A DNA stretch of 64,000 bases from an uncultured Phycisphaeraceae bacterium (GCA_964614515.1 CAZTPJ010000012.1:1691-65690); one strand, 5' to 3'; positions 29,308 through 38,157 are shown, counted from the first letter of the stretch. Translations and numbers: made by a program. Notes: generated by a model not told the origin, from the letters alone.

Positions 29308-30786
29308 ATGGCATCATCCACCTGGAGCCCCAAGCCCAGTGATTACCTGGCCGCGTTGCAGGACCAGAATCCTTGGGAGAAGCTCGGACGGGTTCCACAA
29401 GAACTTGCAAAACCGATGCGTCGCCCATTGGCGGCGATGCTCTGGCGAACGATGCACGGACCGCTTCGACGCTATCAAGTCGTCCTGGGGCCACGTCGCG
29501 TCGGAAAAACGGTCGCGATGTATCAGACGATCGACCAACTCATCAAGAACGGCGTTTCGTCAAACCGACTCTGGTTTCTCCGTTTGGATCACCCTCTCTT
29601 GATGCACTATCACCTCGGCGGCTGGGCGAAGTCGCTCATCCGGACGTATCACGGCACGGCGGAATCTCCGTTGTTCCTGTTTTTGGATGAAGTCAACTAC
29701 TCTGAGTCATGGGACAAATGGCTCAAGACGTTCTATGACGAGAACTGGCCCTTGCGAATTGTGGCGACGTCCAGTTCAACCGCGGCGCTTCGCAACCGAA
29801 CGATGGAGAGCGGGATCGGTCGTTGGTCGGAGCAGTTTCTCACGCCGTACACATTCACCGAGTTCCTGGGACTTCGAGGAGATCCGATCGAAGCCTCCGA
29901 GTCCAGCGGCGACTTCCTTGAGACGCTGCGAAGCACCATTGAGCGTCGAGAGGATCTCAGCCGGACCACCAACCTGCTTCGGCTGTTCCTGCTCGTGGGC
30001 GGCTTTCCGGAACTTCTTGGGGCGCTTGTTGAGGATGACGTGGAGCGCGGCCTGCTTCGGTCTCAGCAGGTGCTCCGTTCCGAGGCCGTACAGCGCGTTG
30101 CCGGAATGGACATCCCCCAGGTCTTCGACATCAAGCATCCACTCATGCTTGAGCGACTTCTGTACATTCTGGCCGGCCAGATGTGTGGATTGATGAATGT
30201 GTCCGCGCTTGCGGCGGACCTTCAACTCAATCGTCAGACTATCCACACCTATGTTGACTACCTGCAACAGGCGTTCTTGATCTTCGCCCTTCCCAACTAT
30301 TCAACTAGCGAGGAAACGATCCAACGAAAGGGCAGGAAGGTGTACTTTGTTGACGGCGCCGTTCGCAACGCCGCCCTCCAGCGTGGCCTTGCACCCATGC
30401 ATGATGACCATGAATGGGGCTTCTTGATCGAGAACACGGTCGCTTCACACCTCTATGGTCTCTCGCTTCAAAGCGGAGGACGTCTCTTTCACTGGCGAGA
30501 TGGAAACGACGAGGCCGACTTCATTTACAGCGCGAGTGACAACCCCGTGGCTTTCGAAGTCGCCAAACGGACTCACGGCCTCGGCGGGCTTCGCGCCCTC
30601 CAGTCGCGATATCCAAGACTTCGGAACAGATGCTTCTTGATATCCGGCGAGTTGCAAGAATTTCGCCTCCCCGAGGATGATCCAGATGGCGTCGGACGCG
30701 TGCCGCTCGCTTCGTTCCTTGCCGCCGTTGGACAGCAGACCATGACTGCACTCACGACACGACTCGGCGTCGGTGACGCGACATAG
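29308..30786 (+). CDS. AAA+ ATPase of the COG1373 type (AAA_14 plus DUF4143)
   Basis: NPWEKLGRVP...VVLGPRRVGKT (Walker A), LFLFLDEVNYSESWDKWLKTFYD (Walker B), ...FLTPYTFTEFL. The track start at 29299 overlaps the -10 box, so the ATG at 29308 is more likely. Confidence 0.75.
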   Translation: MASSTWSPKPSDYLAALQDQNPWEKLGRVPQELAKPMRRPLAAMLWRTMHGPLRRYQVVLGPRRVGKTVAMYQTIDQLIKNGVSSNRLWFLRLDHPLLMHYHLGGWAKSLIRTYHGTAESPLFLFLDEVNYSESWDKWLKTFYDENWPLRIVATSSSTAALRNRTMESGIGRWSEQFLTPYTFTEFLGLRGDPIEASESSGDFLETLRSTIERREDLSRTTNLLRLFLLVGGFPELLGALVEDDVERGLLRSQQVLRSEAVQRVAGMDIPQVFDIKHPLMLERLLYILAGQMCGLMNVSALAADLQLNRQTIHTYVDYLQQAFLIFALPNYSTSEETIQRKGRKVYFVDGAVRNAALQRGLAPMHDDHEWGFLIENTVASHLYGLSLQSGGRLFHWRDGNDEADFIYSASDNPVAFEVAKRTHGLGGLRALQSRYPRLRNRCFLISGELQEFRLPEDDPDGVGRVPLASFLAAVGQQTMTALTTRLGVGDAT

Positions 30787-30848
30787 TCGGGTCCCGCGTG
30801 ATCCATCCCGCCAGGTTCAAACCACCCACCCACCCTCTACCATCCCCC

Positions 30849-31811
30849 ATGCCCGCCACCATCATCGACGGCACCGCACTCGCATTGGCCTACAAGACGC
30901 GCATCGCCGCACGCGCCGCCGCGCTCCGCGACGCGGGCAACGCCCCACGCCTCGACGCCATCCTCACAGACCTCGGCGATGGCGGCGCTCGCGTCTATGC
31001 CCACAATCAGGGACGGACATGCCGAGAACTCGGCATCGAGTATCACCTGCACGAACTGCCCGCCACGGCCACGCCGCAGGACATCGCCGGACGCGTCCTG
31101 GTCCTCAACAACGAGGATGACGTCGCGGCCATCATGGTCCACCTGCCCCTGCCACAGGGCGTCGATCCATACAGCGTGCAGAAACTCATCGCGCCCGCCA
31201 AGGATGTCGAAGGCGTCAACCCCGCGAACATCGGCAACATCGTCTACGGCCGTTCCTCCCTCGCACCCTGCACGGCCCTGGCCACCATCGCCATGATCCG
31301 CAGCGTCCTTGCCCCACCGTCATTCGATGAGGGGGGGGGACACGCGGCGCCCTCGGCGGCTGCCCCCGCCACCAACGCCGCGAACGCACGAGCATGGCAG
31401 ACATGGTCGCCGATGCTTCAGGGCCGCACGGCCGTGGTCATCGGTGCCAGCGATGTCGTCGGCAAGCCCATCGCCGTGCTGCTCATGCGCGAGGATGCGA
31501 CGGTGATCTCGTGCAACAAACACACGCCGGACCTCGCCGATCTCGCACGCCGCGCTGATGTCCTCATCGCCGCCGCCGGCGTCCCGGGCCTGGTCACGGC
31601 CGACATGGTCAAACCCGGCGCCATCGTCATCGATGTGGGCGTCAGCCGCATCAAAGGCGATGATGGCAAGTCCAGAACCGTCGGCGACGTCGCCTTCGAT
31701 GAAGTCCGCGAAGTCGCCGGCCACCTCAGCCCCGTCCCCGGCGGCGTCGGCCCCATGACCGTGGCCATGCTCCTGTCCAACGTCATGGCCGCAGCGGAGC
31801 GCCGGGCGTAA
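30849..31811 (+). CDS. folD: bifunctional methylenetetrahydrofolate dehydrogenase/cyclohydrolase, with an internal insertion
   Basis: MPATIIDGTALA...VHLPLPQGVD...KDVEGVNPANIG...PCTALA...GRTAVVIGASDVVGKPIAVLL...PVPGGVGPMTVAMLL. Confidence 0.9.
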   Translation: MPATIIDGTALALAYKTRIAARAAALRDAGNAPRLDAILTDLGDGGARVYAHNQGRTCRELGIEYHLHELPATATPQDIAGRVLVLNNEDDVAAIMVHLPLPQGVDPYSVQKLIAPAKDVEGVNPANIGNIVYGRSSLAPCTALATIAMIRSVLAPPSFDEGGGHAAPSAAAPATNAANARAWQTWSPMLQGRTAVVIGASDVVGKPIAVLLMREDATVISCNKHTPDLADLARRADVLIAAAGVPGLVTADMVKPGAIVIDVGVSRIKGDDGKSRTVGDVAFDEVREVAGHLSPVPGGVGPMTVAMLLSNVMAAAERRA

Positions 31812-31864
31812 CCAGACCCCGGCGTCACAAGCGGCCCGACGGTGCGCCAATGTCACCTCAGCGC

Positions 31865-31901
31865 GTGGCATGGGCAAGGCGCCTCGCCTTGCCCGTGCCA
31901 C
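31865..31901. repeat. REP-like hairpin, sister of the one at 18120-18161
   Basis: GTGGCATGGGCAAGGCG-CCT-CGCCTTGCCCGTGCCAC, with one G-U pair. It lies between the folD stop and the convergent dockerin-protein stop. Confidence 0.65.
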
Positions 31902-31921
31902 ACCTTCACAACTCCTCAAAC

Positions 31922-33448
31922 CTACGGACACCCCGCCTGAAAGCGCTGGCCGTAGCAGAGGAAGTCGAAGATATCGCAGACGCCGTGGCCGGTGGAGACA
32001 TCGCAGTCGCACGCATACGGCGCGCCCGCGTGAAAGCGATTGAGGAAGCAGAGGAAGTCAAAGACATCAAGCGTGCCAAAGCCGGTTGAGAAATCACAAT
32101 CGGCCAGGCAGGGGGGGGTGAGCGGGCAACCCCAGCGAGCGAGACCGAAGACTTCGAGCGTGCCGCCCGCGTGGGTGAAACCTCCCGCGGCGTACAGGCC
32201 GCCGGGATTGGGGCCATCACCATCATCATCGAAGACATGAAGTTGCGCGACGTTCTGACCAAAGCCGGAGAGTCCGCCATTCAGGCCGTGCCATGTCTGG
32301 CCGTCCCACTTGACGATGTTGCTCGAGCCGGTTCCGGCCGGGCCGAACAAGGTTCCTGCGATGAAGAGGGCGGGTTTGTTTGGCCCCGGGCCGTCGTCGT
32401 CGAAGACAACCATGGCGTCAACGTGCCCGCCACCAGGCGCGGTCCAGCCGGGCACGGCCGACCACTCCTTGCCATCCCAGCGCGCAAGCCGCGATGCGTC
32501 GATCCAGTTGGATGGTCCACCGACGCGGGCGAACGAACCGCCGACATAGAGCATCGGCCCATCGCCGGCGTCGAAGACACACAGCGAACTCACCGAGGCG
32601 TTGGTTCCGAGTTCGCCGACGGTTGACCACGTCTTGCCATCCCACCTCGCGATGTGATACGCTTCGATTGAGCCGGCTGTGCGAAATGTTCCCGCGACAA
32701 ACAAGGAAGGTGAATGCCAGCCATGCAATCCCTCGTTGTACTTGGCAAACGCGAAGACATCAGTATCATCCTGAATACCGCCACCAACGTTTGACCACTC
32801 AAATCCGTTCCACCTCGCAATGCCACGGGTCATCGGATTCCCAAGCGTGCGGCGCATCGGACCACCAACGATCATCGTCACGCCTTGACCTTCGTCATAA
32901 AGTGCAAACGCTCGTGGCATCCCTCTCGCCAATCCCTCACCCACACCAAGCCAGGATCGTCCATCCCACCGCATGACCGCCCTACCATTCACGGGATTGA
33001 TATAGGACTGTTCCACGCCAACATAGGCCCCGTTGAGGATGGGGCGTTTGGATGATTCGGCCCCGAAGATCGACTCCGGCGGCCAGGGATCGAACCCTTC
33101 CCCTACTGGGTACCACGCCCACCCATCAAATCGCGCGATCCTTCCGGTCATCGGGATGAAATTCGTGCCGCCCGCGCGTTCGACGCCGATGCTCGTCATG
33201 TACCCCGCGACGTAGAGCATCGGCGGCGCCGGGCCAGACCCATCTTCATCCCACGAGCCGAGGGCCGTGGCCCCGCCGCCCGTATGCGGCACGGCCGACC
33301 ATTGAGGCTCGCACTGCCCGGCAGCGGGCGCTGACGCCGCAAGCAACACTACGGCGGCGACACACATCACGATACCGCTTCGAGACGCCGTTGAAGAGAA
33401 CTCACTGTCGAACCGCATGATTCCACCCTCCGCACATCGCCGGCGCAT
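31922..33448 (-). CDS. secreted repeat protein with a C-terminal GC-type dockerin-like domain
   Basis: Signal peptide, repeated ARWDG..W blocks, and a tail DCDFSTGFGTLDVFDFLCFLNRF...CDCDVSTGHGVCDIFDFLCYGQRF. Confidence 0.65.
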   Translation of the reverse strand: MRRRCAEGGIMRFDSEFSSTASRSGIVMCVAAVVLLAASAPAAGQCEPQWSAVPHTGGGATALGSWDEDGSGPAPPMLYVAGYMTSIGVERAGGTNFIPMTGRIARFDGWAWYPVGEGFDPWPPESIFGAESSKRPILNGAYVGVEQSYINPVNGRAVMRWDGRSWLGVGEGLARGMPRAFALYDEGQGVTMIVGGPMRRTLGNPMTRGIARWNGFEWSNVGGGIQDDTDVFAFAKYNEGLHGWHSPSLFVAGTFRTAGSIEAYHIARWDGKTWSTVGELGTNASVSSLCVFDAGDGPMLYVGGSFARVGGPSNWIDASRLARWDGKEWSAVPGWTAPGGGHVDAMVVFDDDGPGPNKPALFIAGTLFGPAGTGSSNIVKWDGQTWHGLNGGLSGFGQNVAQLHVFDDDGDGPNPGGLYAAGGFTHAGGTLEVFGLARWGCPLTPPCLADCDFSTGFGTLDVFDFLCFLNRFHAGAPYACDCDVSTGHGVCDIFDFLCYGQRFQAGCP

Positions 33449-33530
33449 ACCAAACTCGAGACATGCCGCACGCGCGACAAACGCCGGCGGGGCGCAGGAT
33501 GCGCCCCGCCGGCCAGATTGCTTCTGCCAC

Positions 33531-35363
33531 TCATGGCTGATACTTGATCGTCACGTAGTCCAGCCCCCACATGTTCGTGCCGGAACGTCCCGTCACGAAC
33601 ACGCCGTCGGGCGCTGCGGTGCTGAGCAAGATGGCCGTCGCCTTGCTTTCCATCACATCCTCGGGATAGAAGACCTGCTGCGCATCGACCACGATCTCGA
33701 AGTGTTCGTCGATGGACACCTTGTAGATCACGAGCCGGATCGGCGCCGAGTCCTGGTTCGGGTCGTACACCCAGCCGGTGATGTAGCACTGGCCCGCGCT
33801 GGTGTTCGCCACCGCCCGCTCATCGACCGTGTCATCCTGGGAGCCGATCAGAGCGGACGCGAACTCGTCGCCATTGGATAGTGCATACGCAATCACGCCG
33901 ATGTCGAACGCTTCGCCATGCGCCGCCCGACCCGTCACCCACACGATGTTGCCCGAAATCGACACATCGGTGGGGACATCCGGGCTTTTCTCCGGGCCTG
34001 GACCCCACACGCGCACCCCGCTGCCCCATGCCTGTGAGTACGCGCCATCCTCGATGTCCAGGGCGATGGTGACATAGTCCGTGTCTTCGGTTGCGGGTGG
34101 ATCGCTCGTCGTGGAGCCAATGACGATCAAGCGGCCTCCAATGCCCGGGCCAGAGGCGAAGGCCGCAACGCCGGTGCAGAAGTCATTGCCGTCGGCCGTG
34201 GAGTTGTAGGGGTCGGACACCCAATACGGCGTGCCGCCCGAGGGCAGGTAGCGCAGCGCCTGGATGTCAAACCCATTCGTGGACCCGTTCCACACGGATG
34301 CGCCGATGAAGATGTTGGTTCCAAGTTCGTCGTCGAGTGTCGTGATGTCGATGATGGTCATCTCCACCGCCTCATCATTCCCGTTGCCCGGGCCGTTGTA
34401 GCGGTCGAGCCAGTCCTGATCGCCATCCTCGCGCCAGTACGCGATGGTCACGACGTCATCGTTCGATGAACCGCGCGAAGTCCCCGTGATGACCACGAGG
34501 GGAACGGTCGAGGGCTCGGGATGCTCGCCATCTCGAATCACCAGTCCGACACCGACGGCCTTGTCGTCACCCTCGCCGCCATCGTACCGGCGGACACCAG
34601 CGGGATCGGGTGAAACTGCGCTCCAATCTCCATCTGGCACGAGGTTCTTGCTGTACTTCAGCAGGATGTAGTCGAAGTCCCCTTCGCCGTTCTCGCTGTA
34701 CCCGGCGATGTACACATCTCCGTTGTCCGGATCGACGACGATGGACGTGGGCTTATGGATCGTCTCGCTCCACAATGCCGTTGCCGGAGGAAAATACACG
34801 GGACCATGCAGCAGATCACCGTTGTCCGCATCGTACTTGTATGTGACGATGTGCGTGCCGCCGCCATGGTTCGTTCCCCACCCCGTGACGAAGATGTAGG
34901 AGTCCGGGCTGTCGAGGTACGCCGCCATCGCCACGCCCTGATCCGCGCCGGTGTTGGGGAACGGATTCTCGGTCGGTGACGGATCCCACAACTCAGTCAG
35001 ACTCTGACCCCGCGCTTCGCCGCTGAACGTACCCGTCATCACGCACGCGAGCAGGGTCGTCAGCAGCACGCTCCATCTCCTTCCGATGATGCGCGGCGCG
35101 TGCGATCGCGCATCGCGCGGATTCAGGCCATCACAAAACGAAACACCGGGCGCACGCACGCGGAGCGCGGTCGCCCCCCCCCCCCCCCCCTTGCACACGC
35201 TGGGGGGCGAGTTGCCCGCCGTCATGTCGTGCCCGGACTCTCCGAGAAGAGCCAGCGCGCCATCAAACCAAGCCCTCAACGTTGTTCGCTGCACATGCAT
35301 GTGCAACCTCCTGTGGCCGCCCTTGTGACGGCCGCATGACCCATTGCAGTTCCCCGGCCGCAC
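33531..35363 (-). CDS. secreted SBBP-type beta-propeller repeat protein (start uncertain; a GTG at 35069 with a GGAAGGAG RBS is a candidate)
   Basis: Repeats ending in ...YDADNGDL, DFDYILLKYSKN, DYVTIALD and LDYVTIKYQP. The signal peptide RRWSVLLTTLLACVMTGTFSGEARGQ sits about 95 aa into the maximal ORF. Confidence 0.6.
   Translation of the reverse strand: MRPGNCNGSCGRHKGGHRRLHMHVQRTTLRAWFDGALALLGESGHDMTAGNSPPSVCKGGGGGATALRVRAPGVSFCDGLNPRDARSHAPRIIGRRWSVLLTTLLACVMTGTFSGEARGQSLTELWDPSPTENPFPNTGADQGVAMAAYLDSPDSYIFVTGWGTNHGGGTHIVTYKYDADNGDLLHGPVYFPPATALWSETIHKPTSIVVDPDNGDVYIAGYSENGEGDFDYILLKYSKNLVPDGDWSAVSPDPAGVRRYDGGEGDDKAVGVGLVIRDGEHPEPSTVPLVVITGTSRGSSNDDVVTIAYWREDGDQDWLDRYNGPGNGNDEAVEMTIIDITTLDDELGTNIFIGASVWNGSTNGFDIQALRYLPSGGTPYWVSDPYNSTADGNDFCTGVAAFASGPGIGGRLIVIGSTTSDPPATEDTDYVTIALDIEDGAYSQAWGSGVRVWGPGPEKSPDVPTDVSISGNIVWVTGRAAHGEAFDIGVIAYALSNGDEFASALIGSQDDTVDERAVANTSAGQCYITGWVYDPNQDSAPIRLVIYKVSIDEHFEIVVDAQQVFYPEDVMESKATAILLSTAAPDGVFVTGRSGTNMWGLDYVTIKYQP
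35174..35190. repeat. 17-nt C homopolymer (poly-G on the coding strand)
   Basis: Counted directly: 7 + 10 consecutive C. In the maximal ORF it reads K-GGGGG-A. Confidence 0.95.
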
Positions 35364-35894
35364 GCATAAACCGAGACCATCTCATGGCCGCCGACGAACC
35401 GACCCCCACCCCTATTCTACAGGAAACTCCAAATTAGTTGCAACCTGTTGACCGCGTTATCGGGCAAGAGGGCGTAAATTGTTCGTCGCCCGAGCAGCCC
35501 CGACGTGAATCGGCCGTGGAGTACCCCCGTTTGACCCCTGCCCCTACCCCCTTCTACGATTGACCCTTCGCGAAGCCGGTCGTGACGGCGGAGGGTCGGG
35601 CATCGCCCGGCGTTCCAAAGGCGCGGCCAGGGTTCGGCTCTTCAACGGGTCACGGCCATCGGCCTCCCCGCGGCACAGAGCCGGGCCACGCTTCAAGCCT
35701 CGGGCGGCCGGGGCGAACAGTGCCGCGGCCGCTGCCGGCTTGACCGGAAACCAGCGGACCGCGACAAGGTCCGTTGGTTCGGCGCTCTTCGTCACAGTGC
35801 CGATGGGTCAAGCAACCTCCGCCGTGACGGGGCGTGAAAACTGATGGAGTGGTCATCCAGGACCGATCGAGCAGCCACGGGGCTACTCAAGCGG

Positions 35895-35945
35895 CCAATC
35901 GCGAAGCGATTGGGCGACGCGAGAAGCCAATCGCGGAGCGACTGG
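35895..35945. repeat. two tandem hairpins, CCAATCGC-GRA-GCGAYTGG
   Basis: ccaatcgcgaagcgattgg (35895-35913) and ccaatcgcggagcgactgg (35927-35945), just upstream of tRNA-Gln. Confidence 0.7.
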
Positions 35946-35989
35946 TTCACCCAGCAGTGGTTTGCGGCAAGGATCCGGGACAGTTCAGA

Positions 35990-36060
35990 TACCCGGTGGT
36001 GTAACGGTAGCACAGCAGATTTTGGTTCTGCTTGTCCAGGTTCGAATCCTGGCCGGGTAG
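35990..36060 (+). tRNA. tRNA-Gln (anticodon UUG)
   Basis: TACCCGGTGGTGTAACGGTAGCACAGCAGATTTTGGTTCTGCTTGTCCAGGTTCGAATCCTGGCCGGGTAG. It has a U1-A72 pair and a G73 discriminator, as in bacterial tRNA-Gln. The anticodon loop is TTTTGGT. Confidence 0.9.
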
Positions 36061-36086
36061 TTATCTTCGCGACACACATGAAGGGA

Positions 36087-36320
36087 AGCCCGTTGAAACG
36101 GGCTGAACGTGTTGAGGCAACGTTGAAGCAGTTGACATCCTGGACCACCGCTGAAGCGGTGGCCTGAGAGCGAGCAAGGCCGTTGAAACGGCCTGAGGAT
36201 CGAGTTGAGTTGATTCGTTGGGCGGCGTTGGTTGCCGCTGGAGTTGAATGTCGATGGGGCACAGGCGAGACGCCTGTGCGAACGAGTGAAAGGCATATGA
36301 CAGGCGACATGCCTGTGTCA
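36087..36320. repeat. cluster of at least five hairpins between tRNA-Gln and the glmU-like gene
   Basis: AGCCCG-TTGAAA-CGGGCT (36087-36104), CCACCGC-TGAA-GCGGTGG (36144-36161), GGCCG-TTGAAA-CGGCC (36179-36194), GCACAGGCG-AGA-CGCCTGTGC (36259-36279) and TGACAGGC-GACAT-GCCTGTgTCA (36298-36320). Confidence 0.75.
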
Positions 36321-36330
36321 CCAGACGATC

Positions 36331-37110
36331 ATGCACGTTCAACGCACACAGCCCGACGCCCCCCCCTCCGCGATCATCCTCGCGGCCGGGAAGGGCACGC
36401 GCATGAAGTCCGACCTGCCCAAGGTGATTCATCCCGTGGGCGGGCGTGCGATGGTGTGCGCGGTGGTCGATGCCTGCCTCGAAGCCGGGTGCGCTCGCGT
36501 CGTCGTCATCGTCGGACACATGCAGGAACTTGTCCGCTCAGCGCTCGCGGGCTACGGCCGATACGTCGAGTTCGTCGTGCAGGACAAGCAACTCGGCACG
36601 GGTCATGCCGTGCGCTGCGCTGCGCCCGCGTTTGCGTCGGCCGGGCCGCGCGATCCGGTCTTTGTGCTCTGCGGGGATGGCCCGCTGATTCGCGCCGCCA
36701 CGCTCCAGCGCATGCTCGATCTTCACCAGGCAACCGGCGCGGCCGCGACGCTGGCCACGGCCATCATCGACAATCCGCGCGGCTATGGACGGATCATCCG
36801 CGATGCGGGCGGCCGATTTGATCGCATCGTCGAAGAGCGCGACTGCCTTCCGGATCAACTCGAGATTCGGGAGGTGAATCCGAGTTACTACTGCTTCGCC
36901 GCGCGTCCGCTGTTCGATGCGCTGGCGCAGGTCGCGCCGAACGCCCTCAGCGGCGAAACGTACATCACGGATGTGCCCAGCGTGCTCATCGCGCGGGGCG
37001 AGCGGGTTGAAGTCATCGAGGCCGTGCCGCCCGAGGATGTCCTCTCGATCAACACGCCCGAGGATCTAGCGTTGGTGGATCGGATTTACCGCACGAGGAA
37101 CGCCGGATGA
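36331..37110 (+). CDS. glmU: UDP-N-acetylglucosamine pyrophosphorylase-like nucleotidyltransferase (GlmU N-terminal domain only)
   Basis: IILAAGKGTRMKSDLPKVIHPVGGRAMV...QLGTGHAV...YITDV. At 259 aa it has no left-handed beta-helix acetyltransferase half. Its stop overlaps the prs start (ATGA). Confidence 0.75.
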   Translation: MHVQRTQPDAPPSAIILAAGKGTRMKSDLPKVIHPVGGRAMVCAVVDACLEAGCARVVVIVGHMQELVRSALAGYGRYVEFVVQDKQLGTGHAVRCAAPAFASAGPRDPVFVLCGDGPLIRAATLQRMLDLHQATGAAATLATAIIDNPRGYGRIIRDAGGRFDRIVEERDCLPDQLEIREVNPSYYCFAARPLFDALAQVAPNALSGETYITDVPSVLIARGERVEVIEAVPPEDVLSINTPEDLALVDRIYRTRNAG

Positions 37111-38090
37111 GCAACAGCGACGCCAATTCGCTCAAGATCTTCGCCGGCTTGCAGACTCGCCCGCTTGCGGAGCGTGTCTGTCGCCACCTCGACCTGCCGC
37201 TGGGCCAGGCGCGGACGACGGTCTTTCCCGACAGCGAGATGCTGGTGAAACTCGATGAGGATGTGCGCGGGCGCGACTGCTTCGTCATCCTCAGCACCTG
37301 CGAACCGGTCAACGACAACCTCGTCGAACTGCTGATCTTCATCGACTGCCTCAAGCGCGCCTCGGCCTCGCGCGTCACCGTCGTCACGCCGTACTTCGGC
37401 TATGCACGGCAGGATCGCAAGGATGAGGGCCGTGTGCCCATCACGGCCAAACTCGTGGCGAACATCATCACGGCCGCGGGGGCCGACCGCGTGCTGGCGC
37501 TTGATCTGCACGCGGCGCAGTTGCAGGGCTTCTTTGACCTGCCCGTCGATCACCTGTCCGCGACGCCGGTCTTTCTGGATTACTTCAACTCGATCCGCGA
37601 GGAACTCGGCGATGTCTGCCTGGTCAGTCCGGACGTGGGCAACATGAAGGTGGCCGAGCGGATGCAGAACCTCCTCGGCGGAGACTTCGCGCTCATCAAC
37701 AAGCGCCGCGTCAGCGGCAGCGAGGTGAAGGTGCAGAACCTCATCGGCTCGGTCGAGGGCAAGAGCGTCTTGATGATCGACGACATCATCTCGACCGGCT
37801 CGACGATCTGCGAAGCCGCGAAACTCGTCATGGACCACGGCGCGACGCAGGTGATCGCGGCGGCAACGCACGCGGTGTTCGCCGGCCTCGCGGCCCAGCG
37901 CCTCGCCGAAGCGCCCATCTCGCGCCTCGTCGTGACCAACTCGATCCCGTGCGACGCACGCACCGAACCGGTGCGGCACAAAATCGTCGAACTTTGCGTC
38001 GGCCCGCTCCTGGGCGACGCCATCCACCGCATTCACCACAACCTCTCCGTCAGCGCGCTGTTCAAACGCACCGCCGGAGCCAAACGCTGA
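37107..38090 (+). CDS. prs: ribose-phosphate pyrophosphokinase
   Basis: LKIFAG...VVTPYFGYARQDRK...LDLHAAQLQGFFD.PVDHL...LMIDDIISTGSTI. Confidence 0.95.
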   Translation: MSNSDANSLKIFAGLQTRPLAERVCRHLDLPLGQARTTVFPDSEMLVKLDEDVRGRDCFVILSTCEPVNDNLVELLIFIDCLKRASASRVTVVTPYFGYARQDRKDEGRVPITAKLVANIITAAGADRVLALDLHAAQLQGFFDLPVDHLSATPVFLDYFNSIREELGDVCLVSPDVGNMKVAERMQNLLGGDFALINKRRVSGSEVKVQNLIGSVEGKSVLMIDDIISTGSTICEAAKLVMDHGATQVIAAATHAVFAGLAAQRLAEAPISRLVVTNSIPCDARTEPVRHKIVELCVGPLLGDAIHRIHHNLSVSALFKRTAGAKR

Positions 38091-38157
38091 ACGCATAGTC
38101 ATACGCGACAAGCACACCACGCCGGGCCAATCCCGGCCGCATCAAGGAAACACAGCC

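Noticed and set aside
35851-35880. GGTCATCCAGGACCGATCGAGCAGCCACGG resembles the SRP (4.5S) RNA domain IV motif GGUCAGGUCCGGAAGGAAGCAGCC.
   Set aside because: The apical loop would be GATC rather than a GNRA tetraloop. The stem next to the loop is truncated, and I could not pair the flanking sequences into the long SRP hairpin. It is probably a chance AGCAGCC match. An Infernal scan would settle it.
35364-35989. Possible RNase P RNA, tmRNA or 6S RNA in the roughly 620-nt ORF-free stretch upstream of tRNA-Gln.
   Set aside because: No GAGGAAAGUCCGGGC-type P4 motif appears on either strand. No second tRNA-like acceptor/T-arm is present. I could not see a 6S-like long interrupted helix by eye.
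35792-36310. 172-aa minus-strand ORF in the track.
   Set aside because: It runs straight through tRNA-Gln and the hairpin cluster. Its composition is arginine/serine-rich and typical of a non-coding frame in GC-rich DNA.
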